From assembly GCA_037380845.1 (NCBI GenBank), contig JARRRI010000029.1, positions 6,689 through 49,017 of the forward strand: 42,329 bases of DNA. The letters are read 5' to 3'. Positions 18,062 to 29,245 of the stretch are shown here, one piece after another. The notes under the pieces are model-generated. The model ran no database searches, was not told the DNA's origin, and saw only the letters and a list, made by a program, of their open reading frames with translations. Each line of letters opens with the position of its first letter. Position 1 is the stretch's first letter. The DNA is from Candidatus Sulfobium sp. Its GTDB lineage: Bacteria; Nitrospirota; Thermodesulfovibrionia; Thermodesulfovibrionales; UBA6898. A program made the translations under genes and the position numbers.

Positions 18062-19164
18062 TTTCTCTCTGAGTTACCCCTGACGAAATCTTCCACCATG
18101 GTCCTGGCCCGGTCGTCCGAGAACTGCCTGAGGGGATGCTTCATAAAATACGCTGACGGCGAAATGAGCGGACCGCCTGTATTCCTGTCGCGGGCTATCT
18201 TGCAGCATCTTATGGCATCGATAACTACCCCTGCGCTGTTGGGGGAATCCTCCACGGACAGTCTCATTTCGAGGTGCAGCGGTATATTGCCGAACCCCCT
18301 TCCCTCTATCCTGAGAAAACATACCTTGTTGTCGTCCAGCCACGGTATGTAATCCGACGGTCCGATATGGATCCTCTCGTTTTCCAGGGGAATGTGGAGC
18401 TGCGACTGCACTGCCTCGGTCTTTGACACTTTTTTCAGTTTCAGCCTCGATCTGTTCAACATGTTGAGAAAATCGGTATTTCCGCCCACATTCAGTTGAT
18501 AAGTACTGTCTATCTTGACGCCCCGGTCTTCAAAAAGTTTCGTCAGGCAGCGATGAATAATGGTCGCTCCTATCTGACTCTTTACGTCATCCCCGATGAC
18601 AGGGATATTACTGTCTTCGAACCGCTTCGCCCACTTCCTGTTCGACACGATAAAGACGGGAATACAGTTTATGAGGCTGACGCCCGCCTCAAGACAGGCC
18701 TCCGCATAGAAAGCGGTAGCCTTTTCGGCTCCGACCGGAAGGTAATTCAAGAGTATATCGGCCCCGGAACGCTTCAGTATCTTCACCACGTCAGACGGCT
18801 TCTTCCTGGCCACGACAAACCTTCTTTCTTCACTGTAGCCCCTGAGATGGTCCGATACGCCGTCGAGGACATTACCCATCTGGACCTTTACCGGGATATC
18901 AAGCTTCCCGTTGCAGAAAACTTTTGTGCAGTTAGGCTTGCTGAAGAGCGCCTCCCCGACGGGCTTGCCCACCTTTCTCCTGTCTATGTCAAAAGCGGCA
19001 ACGACCCTGATGTCGCCCGGGACGTACCCGCCGAGGTTGTAATGCATCAGTCCCAGAGAAGCGTTCGCGTCACTCCGTTTCATTTTCCTGTAATATTCCA
19101 GCCCCTGAACAAGCGAACTTGCGCAGTTTCCGGCACCGGCAATTGCAATTCTTATCTCTCTCAT
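18046..19164 (-). CDS. ino1: Myo-inositol-1-phosphate synthase
   Basis: GAGNCASSLVQG, NYLPVG, GDDVKSQIGAT, QLNVGGNTDF, DSPNSAG. Confidence 0.95.
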   Translation of the reverse strand: MREIRIAIAGAGNCASSLVQGLEYYRKMKRSDANASLGLMHYNLGGYVPGDIRVVAAFDIDRRKVGKPVGEALFSKPNCTKVFCNGKLDIPVKVQMGNVLDGVSDHLRGYSEERRFVVARKKPSDVVKILKRSGADILLNYLPVGAEKATAFYAEACLEAGVSLINCIPVFIVSNRKWAKRFEDSNIPVIGDDVKSQIGATIIHRCLTKLFEDRGVKIDSTYQLNVGGNTDFLNMLNRSRLKLKKVSKTEAVQSQLHIPLENERIHIGPSDYIPWLDDNKVCFLRIEGRGFGNIPLHLEMRLSVEDSPNSAGVVIDAIRCCKIARDRNTGGPLISPSAYFMKHPLRQFSDDRARTMVEDFVRGNSERNCGSY

Positions 19165-19267
19165 CGTACTTTTTGTCCCTTCCCCTTCCTCGCGATATAC
19201 ATGCCGAATTGATATATATCAAAGATTGTTTTTTATGTCAAGAATAATAACATTACGGATATTTTTC

Positions 19268-19296
19268 TTGCCATTCCCGCCTGTCTCTTTTATAAT
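19268..19296 (+). promoter_or_regulatory. Sigma70 promoter for mdh (near-leaderless)
   Basis: TTGCCA-17 bp-TATAAT, 9 nt before the ATG. Confidence 0.6.
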
Positions 19297-19305
19297 GACC
19301 TGTTC

Positions 19306-20235
19306 ATGAAATCGAAAGTATCCATAATCGGCGCCGGAAATGTGGGAGCTACCGCCGCCCAGGCCATCCTCGAGTCGGGACTTGCCGACGTTGTGCTCTT
19401 TGATATTGCGGAAGGTATCCCGCAGGGCAAGGCCCTTGACCTGACCGAGGCGGCTTCGCTCCGGAACGTCTCCACTTCCTGCACAGGCACGAATGACTAT
19501 GCCGGGACCGCCGACTCAGACGTCGTCGTAATAACCGCGGGATTTCCCAGAAAGCCCGGCATGAGCAGGGACGATCTGCTGCAGGCAAATGCACGGGTCA
19601 TAAGGACGGCCGCCGGTGAAACCGCCAGGCTGTCGCCCCACGCGGTAACCATTGTCGTTACCAATCCGATGGACGTGATGACCTATATTGCCTGGAAGGT
19701 TTCCGGACTCAATCACCGCAGGATCCTCGGCATGGGGGGTGTTCTGGATTCCGCACGGTTCAGGACCTTTGTATCGCTCGAAATCGGGGTCTCGCCGCGG
19801 GACATAGAAGCGATTGTCCTTGGCGGCCATGGAGACCTGATGCTCCCTCTCGCCAGGCTTGCAACGGCGAAGGGCATCCCCCTTGAGCGGCTTGTCGATA
19901 AAAACCACATCCTGCGGCTGCTTAAAAGGACGAGGGAGGGCGGCGCAGAAATAGTATCGCTTCTGAAAACCGGCAGCGCATATTACGCTCCGGCGGCGTC
20001 GGTATTCGAAATGGTCAGGGCGATTCTGCTGGACGAAAAACGCATCCTGCCCTGCTCGGCTTACCTCACGGGCGAATACGGCATCGACGACCTGTTTATG
20101 GGCGTTCCCGTCGTGCTCGGCAGAAAAGGCGCCGAAAGGATCATAGAGATCGAACTTACAGGCGAAGAAAAGAATGAGTTTCACAGGTCCGCGACGGCAA
20201 CCAGGGAATTGCTGGGAAAGGTCCTGGTTGAATAA
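19306..20235 (+). CDS. mdh: Malate dehydrogenase (LDH-like)
   Basis: IGAGNVG, PRKPGMSRDDL, LDSARF, GGHGD, GSAYYAP. Confidence 0.94.
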   Translation: MKSKVSIIGAGNVGATAAQAILESGLADVVLFDIAEGIPQGKALDLTEAASLRNVSTSCTGTNDYAGTADSDVVVITAGFPRKPGMSRDDLLQANARVIRTAAGETARLSPHAVTIVVTNPMDVMTYIAWKVSGLNHRRILGMGGVLDSARFRTFVSLEIGVSPRDIEAIVLGGHGDLMLPLARLATAKGIPLERLVDKNHILRLLKRTREGGAEIVSLLKTGSAYYAPAASVFEMVRAILLDEKRILPCSAYLTGEYGIDDLFMGVPVVLGRKGAERIIEIELTGEEKNEFHRSATATRELLGKVLVE

Positions 20236-20274
20236 TCGGAGGGAATACACTCTATTTTAAGGGAAGGGTCCCAC

Positions 20275-20890
20275 ATGGAGAACAAAGAGATGGAGCAAAC
20301 ACTTGTACTGATAAAACCCGATGCGCTCAAGAATTCGTTGACGGGATATGTGCTTTCCCTGCTGTCGGAATTCCATACGGGTCTGCGCTTCGCCGGGGCA
20401 AAAATAGTCCACGTAAGCAGAATGCTTGCCGAAGAACATTACGCCGAACACCGTGGAAAGATATTTTATCCTTCCCTCATCGATTACATAACCGGCCGTC
20501 TTCATTATCCCGATCAGCCACAGAAGCGGAGAGTCATCGCCTTTGTTTACCAGGGCCCTGGTCGCCGACCGGATGGATAATCTTATTCACGCTTCCGCTA
20601 CCGCCGGGGAGGCTGAACACGAGATAAAGCTGTGGTTCCGCCCTGTGGATATTCCGCCTTCCATGCGCCTTTATGACACGGAGGTGAACGAAGACCACTA
20701 TTACTTCAAGGGAGACGGCCTTTATATGAAGCACCAGCCTGGGAGCGTCTGCCTGCTCGCCCCCGGTGACATCGTCTGGAGGAGCGACCTGGAGGGGCTC
20801 CGGATGATACGTGAAGGGAAGAAGGGTCCTGTCGCTCTTGAAACGGTTGCCGCAAAGTATCTGATCAATTTAAGCCAGGAAAACGATTAG
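20275..20890 (+). pseudogene. ndk: Nucleoside-diphosphate kinase with internal deletion and frameshift
   Basis: First frame EQTLVLIKPDA...EEHYAEH...VYQGP; second frame DRMDNLIHAS...EAEHEIKLWF; the R-xxx-G-x-TNP and PG-x-IR segment is missing; junction ~20560. Confidence 0.82.
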
Positions 20891-21136
20891 CCCGGGTTAT
20901 TACAGACTTACGGCGGGACGGAAGCCCCGCCGAGGACGTCCGGCCGGCCTGCCCGAAAATCTCCCCTTTCATATCGAAGCCTCAAAGCTGCGGTTTCTGT
21001 TCCTGCAACCGGGGGCACGGACGCTCTCGCGATGTCCCTTCCCCTGACCTTCAAACAGCCCCCTTTATTGACTTTGACTCTCCAAAAAAAGTATTATTTG
21101 ATTAGGGACTACAGAGGTTCTGACAAGGAGTGACAG

Positions 21137-23578
<2,442 letters not shown>

Positions 23579-23734
23579 AACTAACTTACGCCGAAAGAGC
23601 GAATGACGGGCGAATAACCTGAGTAGCGACTTTCTGTACAGACACCTATTGTATCCAGGTTATAGATAATCTTTATCAGGAAGGGGCCCGCAGGGCCTCT
23701 TCCTGTATGGAAGGGCTGGTCGATCCGGAGAAAC

Positions 23735-24259
23735 ATGAAAGGCAAACAGATCATACTGCTGGTGCTCCTCGTGGCGGGAGTTGCAGCGATTGTTCTCAGT
23801 CTGAGACAGGGAAGGACGAAAAAGCCTTCAGTTGTCGGTTTGTACGCGCCCGATTTCCATGTCACGGACTTCCGGACCGGCAAGACCATCAGATCTGCAG
23901 ATTTCAAGGGTAAGGTCGTCTTTGTCAACTTCTGGGCGTCCTGGTGCAGTCCCTGCAAGGAAGAAATGCCTTCCGTCGATGCTCTTTACGATGAAATGCG
24001 GAACAACAAGGACTTTGTCATGATCACCATCCTTTACAGAGATACCCCGGTAAATGCCGTCTCCTATATGAAGTCCAAGGGATACGACTTTCCGGTCTAT
24101 TCCGATCCCAGGGGGACCTCTGCCGGGAATTTCGGTGTCACCGGCGTTCCCGAGACTTACGTAATCGACAAGAACGGTGTTTTGCAGAAGAAGATGATAG
24201 GTCCCGACGACTGGACCAGCCCCGAGGAAAGACAGTTTATTTCGTCCCTCCTGCGTTAG
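23735..24259 (+). CDS. TlpA/ResA family thiol-disulfide oxidoreductase
   Basis: N-terminal TM, NFWASWCSPC, GVPETY. Confidence 0.92.
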   Translation: MKGKQIILLVLLVAGVAAIVLSLRQGRTKKPSVVGLYAPDFHVTDFRTGKTIRSADFKGKVVFVNFWASWCSPCKEEMPSVDALYDEMRNNKDFVMITILYRDTPVNAVSYMKSKGYDFPVYSDPRGTSAGNFGVTGVPETYVIDKNGVLQKKMIGPDDWTSPEERQFISSLLR

Positions 24260-24262
24260 CCT

Positions 24263-24793
24263 ATGGATGTCCGGAGAGGATCCGAAATCGCCATTCTCTT
24301 TGTGGGGGCCCTCTATTCTTCCGATAAGATCATGGCAGCCGCGTCGCGCGAGCTCAGAGCGTCCTTCGGGGAGGTGCTCTTTGAGAGTCCTCCCCTGCCC
24401 TGGAACTACACGGACTATTATGCCGGAGAAATTGGCCCTCCTGTTTTCAGGCAGTTCCTGTTCTTTCGAAGTCCCGTCGACGCTTCATCCGTCGTCGATG
24501 CAAAACTGAAGGCCATGAGTGTGGAAGTCCGGTTTTTGAGCCGCAACAAGAGGCGGATAAATATCGACCCGGGATATATGACCCTTGCCAAGGTGGTGCT
24601 GGTTTCCAGGAAAAACTATTCTCACAGGATCTATCTGGGCCGGGGCGTGTTCGGCGAAACCGAGCTCTTTCACAAAGACGGTGTTTTCAACGCACTGCCC
24701 TATACTTATCCCGACTATCGCGACGAGATATTCCTCGATGTCTTTGCAAAGGCAAGAGACCTCCTCAAGAAGGACATGTCCCGGAGGATTTGA
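24263..24793 (+). CDS. DUF4416 family protein
   Basis: TDYY..E.G, RRINIDPGY, KNYSHRIYLG.G, YTYPDY. Confidence 0.8.
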   Translation: MDVRRGSEIAILFVGALYSSDKIMAAASRELRASFGEVLFESPPLPWNYTDYYAGEIGPPVFRQFLFFRSPVDASSVVDAKLKAMSVEVRFLSRNKRRINIDPGYMTLAKVVLVSRKNYSHRIYLGRGVFGETELFHKDGVFNALPYTYPDYRDEIFLDVFAKARDLLKKDMSRRI

Positions 24794-24852
24794 TACTTAA
24801 CTACCGTTCTTGCCGCCGGCCAGCACGGATGGACGCGATTTTTAAGAGAATT

Positions 24853-25038
24853 TAGCCCGGATTATTCATGAAATGTAGCAGACGCGAAAGGACACGGTAT
24901 TTTCGCTCATTCTCACTTTGCTCCGAGGAACTTGCCCTCTTTATTTCAGGATACACAATGTCTGAATATCGGGCAAGTGAAACCGCTCAAACACTGTGTC
25001 CTTTCGCCATACAGAAAATTTGTGAATAAAGTGGGTTA
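24853..25038 (+). mobile_element. MITE-like non-autonomous element, copy 2 (~186 bp)
   Basis: Inverted copy of 2650-2841; TTAG|CCCGG...GTGGG|TTAG boundaries. Confidence 0.85.
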
Positions 25039-25050
25039 GATGTTCCCCGG

Positions 25051-25084
25051 TTTATCCGTCTTTATCAGCGTTAATCCGTGGTTT
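25051..25084. repeat. Three degenerate 10-bp tandem units
   Basis: TTTATCCGTC TTTATCAGCG TTAATCCGTG GTTT. Confidence 0.55.
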
Positions 25085-25110
25085 GACCAGACCTTCCAGC
25101 ATTGACAGGC

Positions 25111-25761
25111 CTACTCCGGGGGAGGGTTTATGAGCGCCGTTTCCTGCCGGCCCTGCTCTCTGATCCTGACCTTTCTGCCGTTTACTTCCAGCCTGCCGTC
25201 GGCGAACATCTTGATGGCTTGCGGATAAATCCTGTGCTCCAGCTTCAGGATTCTCTCGGACAATGATTCTTCTGTGTCGTGATGCATTACGGGAACTGCA
25301 GCCTGTATGATTACAGGTCCCGTATCCATTCCTTCGTCTACAAAGTGAACGGTGCAACCCGATATCTTCACCCCGTAATCCACCGCCTGCCTCTGGCCGT
25401 GCAGTCCCGGGAAGGAAGGCAGCAGCGCCGGGTGGATATTCATGACCCTGTAGGGAAATGCATCAAGGAGAGGTTTGCCGACAATGCGCATGAATCCGGC
25501 GAGGACTACAAGGTCCGCGCCACGGGCCTTAAGCTCGCCTGCCAGCGCCTTGAAATAATCGTCTCTCGATCCGAATTCCTTCGGGGCCATCACGAGTGAC
25601 TCTACGCCATGTTTACGGGCCCTCTCCAGCGCAAAAGCCCCATGGTTATCAGTGATCAACACCTTGATCTCCGCCCTCAGATAGCCCGATTCTACTGAAT
25701 CGATTATGGACTGAAAATTCGAGCCCCTTCCGGACGCGAGAACTCCCAGGCTGGTTCTCAT
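25111..25761 (-). CDS. purN: Phosphoribosylglycinamide formyltransferase
   Basis: SGRGSN, LAGFMR, NIHPALLP, GCTVHFV, DTGP. Confidence 0.97.
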   Translation of the reverse strand: MRTSLGVLASGRGSNFQSIIDSVESGYLRAEIKVLITDNHGAFALERARKHGVESLVMAPKEFGSRDDYFKALAGELKARGADLVVLAGFMRIVGKPLLDAFPYRVMNIHPALLPSFPGLHGQRQAVDYGVKISGCTVHFVDEGMDTGPVIIQAAVPVMHHDTEESLSERILKLEHRIYPQAIKMFADGRLEVNGRKVRIREQGRQETALINPPPE

Positions 25762-25765
25762 CGGC

Positions 25766-26722
25766 TTAAAGTTTGACCTCGATAAATGCCTTGCTTCTTA
25801 GCGTTTTCACCCATTCGTCGTACTTCGCCTTGAAGAGCTTTTTGGTAAGTTCGTCCCGCGCCTTTTCCTTAATCTCATTCGCGCTCTTTGGATCCGTTCT
25901 TTCATCCAGCTTTATGATATGCAGGCCGCTGTCGGTCCAGAAAGGCTTGCTCACATCTCCCGGCTTCATCTTCGAGACCTCCTCGCGGAACTCCTTTGAC
26001 AACTGGCCCTTCTTAATGAACCCCAGATCTCCGCCCGAATCGGCAGACGGGTCCTCCGAATATTTTTTCGCAAGATCACTAAAACTTTCGCCGTTCCCCA
26101 TCTTTTCTACCAGCTCCGCCGCTTTCTTCTCGATCCGGTCCTTCTCCTCCGCGCTTTCCGGCATCTTGAAGAAAATCTGGCTGATGCGATAACCCCCGCT
26201 GTCTTCAAGCTCCTTCTCATGCTCCTTCATATATTTAAGGACGTCCGAGTCCGACACCACGATCTTGCTTCTCACATCGCGGTTGACCACCCTGCTCGCC
26301 AATATCTGCTCTCCAAGCCTCCTGCGGTATTCCTTGACAGAATAGCCCTCTTTATTCAGAGATTCTTCCAGTTCGGAGTCGGTCATGGAGTACTTCTTCT
26401 TTATGCTGTCTACCGCCTCCTTCACCTCCTCGTCGGACACGGAAAGCCCCTCGCTTCCAGCCTGCTGAAGCTCCAGCCTGAGATCTATAAGGCTCTCCAG
26501 AAAGTGGCCTTCCTCTTCCTTGAACACTTTTCTTTTGTCCCCGGGGCTCATCGCCTTTACATCGGGCGATGCATCTATTTCCATTGCCCTGTAAAGTTCA
26601 CTCCATGTAATTACGTCCTGGTTTACCACCGCCACGACCCTGTCCAGCATGACCGCCCCCTGCACCGGCACCGCAAGGATAATGGTGAAAACAGCGGCAA
26701 AAAGAAATTTCAGTCTAGACAT
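25766..26722 (-). CDS. SurA-like peptidyl-prolyl isomerase
   Basis: Signal peptide, DRVVAVVN, rotamase F..LAKKYSED...GGDLG, GLHII; ATG at 26722 behind GGAGG. Confidence 0.88.
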   Translation of the reverse strand: MSRLKFLFAAVFTIILAVPVQGAVMLDRVVAVVNQDVITWSELYRAMEIDASPDVKAMSPGDKRKVFKEEEGHFLESLIDLRLELQQAGSEGLSVSDEEVKEAVDSIKKKYSMTDSELEESLNKEGYSVKEYRRRLGEQILASRVVNRDVRSKIVVSDSDVLKYMKEHEKELEDSGGYRISQIFFKMPESAEEKDRIEKKAAELVEKMGNGESFSDLAKKYSEDPSADSGGDLGFIKKGQLSKEFREEVSKMKPGDVSKPFWTDSGLHIIKLDERTDPKSANEIKEKARDELTKKLFKAKYDEWVKTLRSKAFIEVKL

Positions 26723-26998
26723 CCCTCTCCTCCGGCTTCTCATTTTATTCATATATATTACAACCATTCCCGGCTTTATTGGAAGCTCTTGAGACGGCAG
26801 TCGCGTGAAAGGATTGACGATCTCCCCGTACTCGTTGGGCAGGGAGATCTCCTTTCACGTCCCGAAGGCGGCTTTGGCCGAGGTCATTTCGAACCCCCTT
26901 CGAACTCCCTTTGATTTGTGCTTCAGCCCCCTCTGCGCCCCCTTCCCAGCTGCACCTATATATTCATAAAAACCCTGTTTGTTTTATAATAAATAGTT

Positions 26999-27472
26999 AT
27001 GATGGAAAAGAAGCTTAAAAAATTATACAAGTCACACAGGGAAAACGAAGGTAATATCATATCCCTGCTTCAGGAAATACAGGCCGAATTCGGCTATATA
27101 CCTGAAGACGTTGTTATGTGGTTTTCAAAGAAACTCGACATTCCCGCCAGCCGGTTTTTCGGTGTAGCAACCTTTTACGCGCAGTTCCATCTCAAACCCA
27201 GGGGCAAGAATATAATCACCACCTGTTGCGGTACGGCCTGCCACGTAAAGGGATCGGAGAGACTCTTAAACGGTCTGGTCAGGGAGCTCAACCTTCCGGA
27301 AGGCGACAATACCACTCCGGACAGCCAGTTCACGGTCGAAAAGGTCAACTGCGTCGGAGCCTGCAGTATCGCTCCTGTAGTTATTGTAAATGACAGGGTG
27401 CACGGAAAAATGTCTGCAGACAGTTTGATGAAAGAGATAAAGAAACTGAAGGAAAGCGAAAGTGAAGAATGA
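26999..27472 (+). CDS. NuoE/HydC-like [2Fe-2S] subunit of NAD-dependent formate dehydrogenase
   Basis: VATFYAQF, CGTACHV, CVGACSIAP. Confidence 0.92.
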   Translation: MMEKKLKKLYKSHRENEGNIISLLQEIQAEFGYIPEDVVMWFSKKLDIPASRFFGVATFYAQFHLKPRGKNIITTCCGTACHVKGSERLLNGLVRELNLPEGDNTTPDSQFTVEKVNCVGACSIAPVVIVNDRVHGKMSADSLMKEIKKLKESESEE

Positions 27473-29240
27473 CCTTACCATAAGGATCTGCATGGGGACG
27501 GGCGGAGTGGCTGCCGGCGGTGCGGAGGTCATGAGAACCTTTAAAGGGCATCTCGCCAAAAAGGGGATCAAGGCCGATATAAAGAAGCACTGCTCCATAC
27601 ACAGGGTCGGGTGCAGGGGCCTGTGTGCCCGGGACGTACTGGTGGATGTCATCCGTGACGGCGGCAAGACGACCTATCAATTTATAAAGCCAGACATGGT
27701 CCAGAGGATCGTGGATGAACACATCGTGGGCGGCAATCCGGTCAGTGAGTGGGTCGTCTCCGGCGACTATCACAAGTTCCACGGAAAACAGATCAAGGTG
27801 GTTCTTTCGGACTGCGGAGTGGTGGACCCCGAAGATATAACTTCGTATATGGAAGTCGGCGGCTACGAGGCGTTGAAAAAAGTTATTTCCGGAATGTCTC
27901 CGCATGACGTAGTCAAGACGATCAAGAACTCCGGCCTGAGGGGCCGCGGAGGGGCCGGTTTTCCGACCGGCGTCAAATGGGACATCTGCAGTAAGGAACA
28001 GGCATCTCAGAAATACATCATCTGCAATGCCGACGAAGGCGACCCCGGGGCGTTTATGGACCGGTCCGTGATTGAAGGCAACCCACATGCGGTTATCGAG
28101 GGCATGACCATAGCGGCTTACGCTATCGGTGCAGGTAAAGGATATGTTTATATACGCGCCGAGTATCCCCTGGCAGTGGAACGCCTGAAAAGGGCCCTCA
28201 ACCAGGCGCGGAAACAGAAGTTTCTGGGAAGGAATATCCTGGGACGAAACTTCGACTTCGATATAAAGGTAAAGCTCGGCGCAGGGGCCTTTGTGTGCGG
28301 CGAGGAGACCGCGCTCATTGCATCCATAGAAGGCCAGCGGGGGATGCCGAGGGCCAAGCCGCCCTTCCCCGTCTACAAAGGTCTCTGGAATAAGCCCACG
28401 GTGATAAACAACGTCGAGACCCTGGCCAATGTGCCCTATATCATCAGAAAGGGGGCAAAGTGGTACTCCTCCATGGGCACCGAAAGGAGCAAGGGAACGA
28501 AGGTCTTTGCCCTGACGGGGAAGATAAGGAATTCGGGACTCATCGAGGTGCCCATGGGCATCCCGCTGAGGGAAATCATATATGAGATCGGCGGCGGGAT
28601 CGAGAATGACAGGGAGTTCAAGGCAGTTCAGACGGGCGGACCCTCGGGGGGCTGCATTCCCGCTGATCACCTGGATATTTCCGTCGATTTCGAGTCGCTG
28701 GCACGCATGGGTTCAATCGTAGGCTCCGGCGGGATGGTGGTCCTGGATGAAAATGACTGCATGGTAAATATCGCGAAATTTTTCCTTCAGTTCACGCAGT
28801 CTGAATCGTGCGGCAAGTGCGTCCCGTGCCGGATAGGTACCAAAAGGCTGCTGGAGATACTGGAAAGGATCACTTCGGGCGGGGGAAAGGAAGGCGATAT
28901 AGAACTCCTCGAAAGCCTCGCTATGGACATCAAGGCGACCTCCCTCTGCGGTCTGGGCCAGACGGCACCAAACCCGGTCCTCAGCACAATCAGGTATTTC
29001 CGGGACGAATATGAGTCGCATATTATTGACAAGAAATGTCCCGCAGGGGTCTGCCGCGATCTCCTGGCGTACATGATCCTGTCGAACCTCTGCAAGGGCT
29101 GCGGCATGTGCAAAAGGGTTTGCCCGGCCGGCGCCATAAGCGGAGAGCGGAAGGCGCCCCATAAAATTGATGCCGATCTGTGCGTAAAATGCGGGGCCTG
29201 TTTCGAGACATGTAAATTCAAGGCGATCAGCAAGGGTTAA
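27462..29240 (+). CDS. NuoF/HydB-like FMN/NADH-binding subunit
   Basis: GRGGAGFPTG, ADEGDPGAFMDRS, GAFVCGEETA, GGPSGG, ESCGKCVPCR, C-terminal 2x[4Fe-4S]. Confidence 0.93.
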   Translation: MKNDLTIRICMGTGGVAAGGAEVMRTFKGHLAKKGIKADIKKHCSIHRVGCRGLCARDVLVDVIRDGGKTTYQFIKPDMVQRIVDEHIVGGNPVSEWVVSGDYHKFHGKQIKVVLSDCGVVDPEDITSYMEVGGYEALKKVISGMSPHDVVKTIKNSGLRGRGGAGFPTGVKWDICSKEQASQKYIICNADEGDPGAFMDRSVIEGNPHAVIEGMTIAAYAIGAGKGYVYIRAEYPLAVERLKRALNQARKQKFLGRNILGRNFDFDIKVKLGAGAFVCGEETALIASIEGQRGMPRAKPPFPVYKGLWNKPTVINNVETLANVPYIIRKGAKWYSSMGTERSKGTKVFALTGKIRNSGLIEVPMGIPLREIIYEIGGGIENDREFKAVQTGGPSGGCIPADHLDISVDFESLARMGSIVGSGGMVVLDENDCMVNIAKFFLQFTQSESCGKCVPCRIGTKRLLEILERITSGGGKEGDIELLESLAMDIKATSLCGLGQTAPNPVLSTIRYFRDEYESHIIDKKCPAGVCRDLLAYMILSNLCKGCGMCKRVCPAGAISGERKAPHKIDADLCVKCGACFETCKFKAISKG

Positions 29241-29245
29241 GAATT

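Noticed and set aside
21062..21097. CtsR box upstream of clpC (TTGACTTTGACT)
   Set aside because: Half-site spacing does not fit the CtsR heptad repeat and no ctsR/mcsAB is adjacent; better explained as a -35 element.
26999..29240. Respiratory complex I nuoEF
   Set aside because: No membrane nuo genes; extra Fe-S domains and direct linkage to fdhA.
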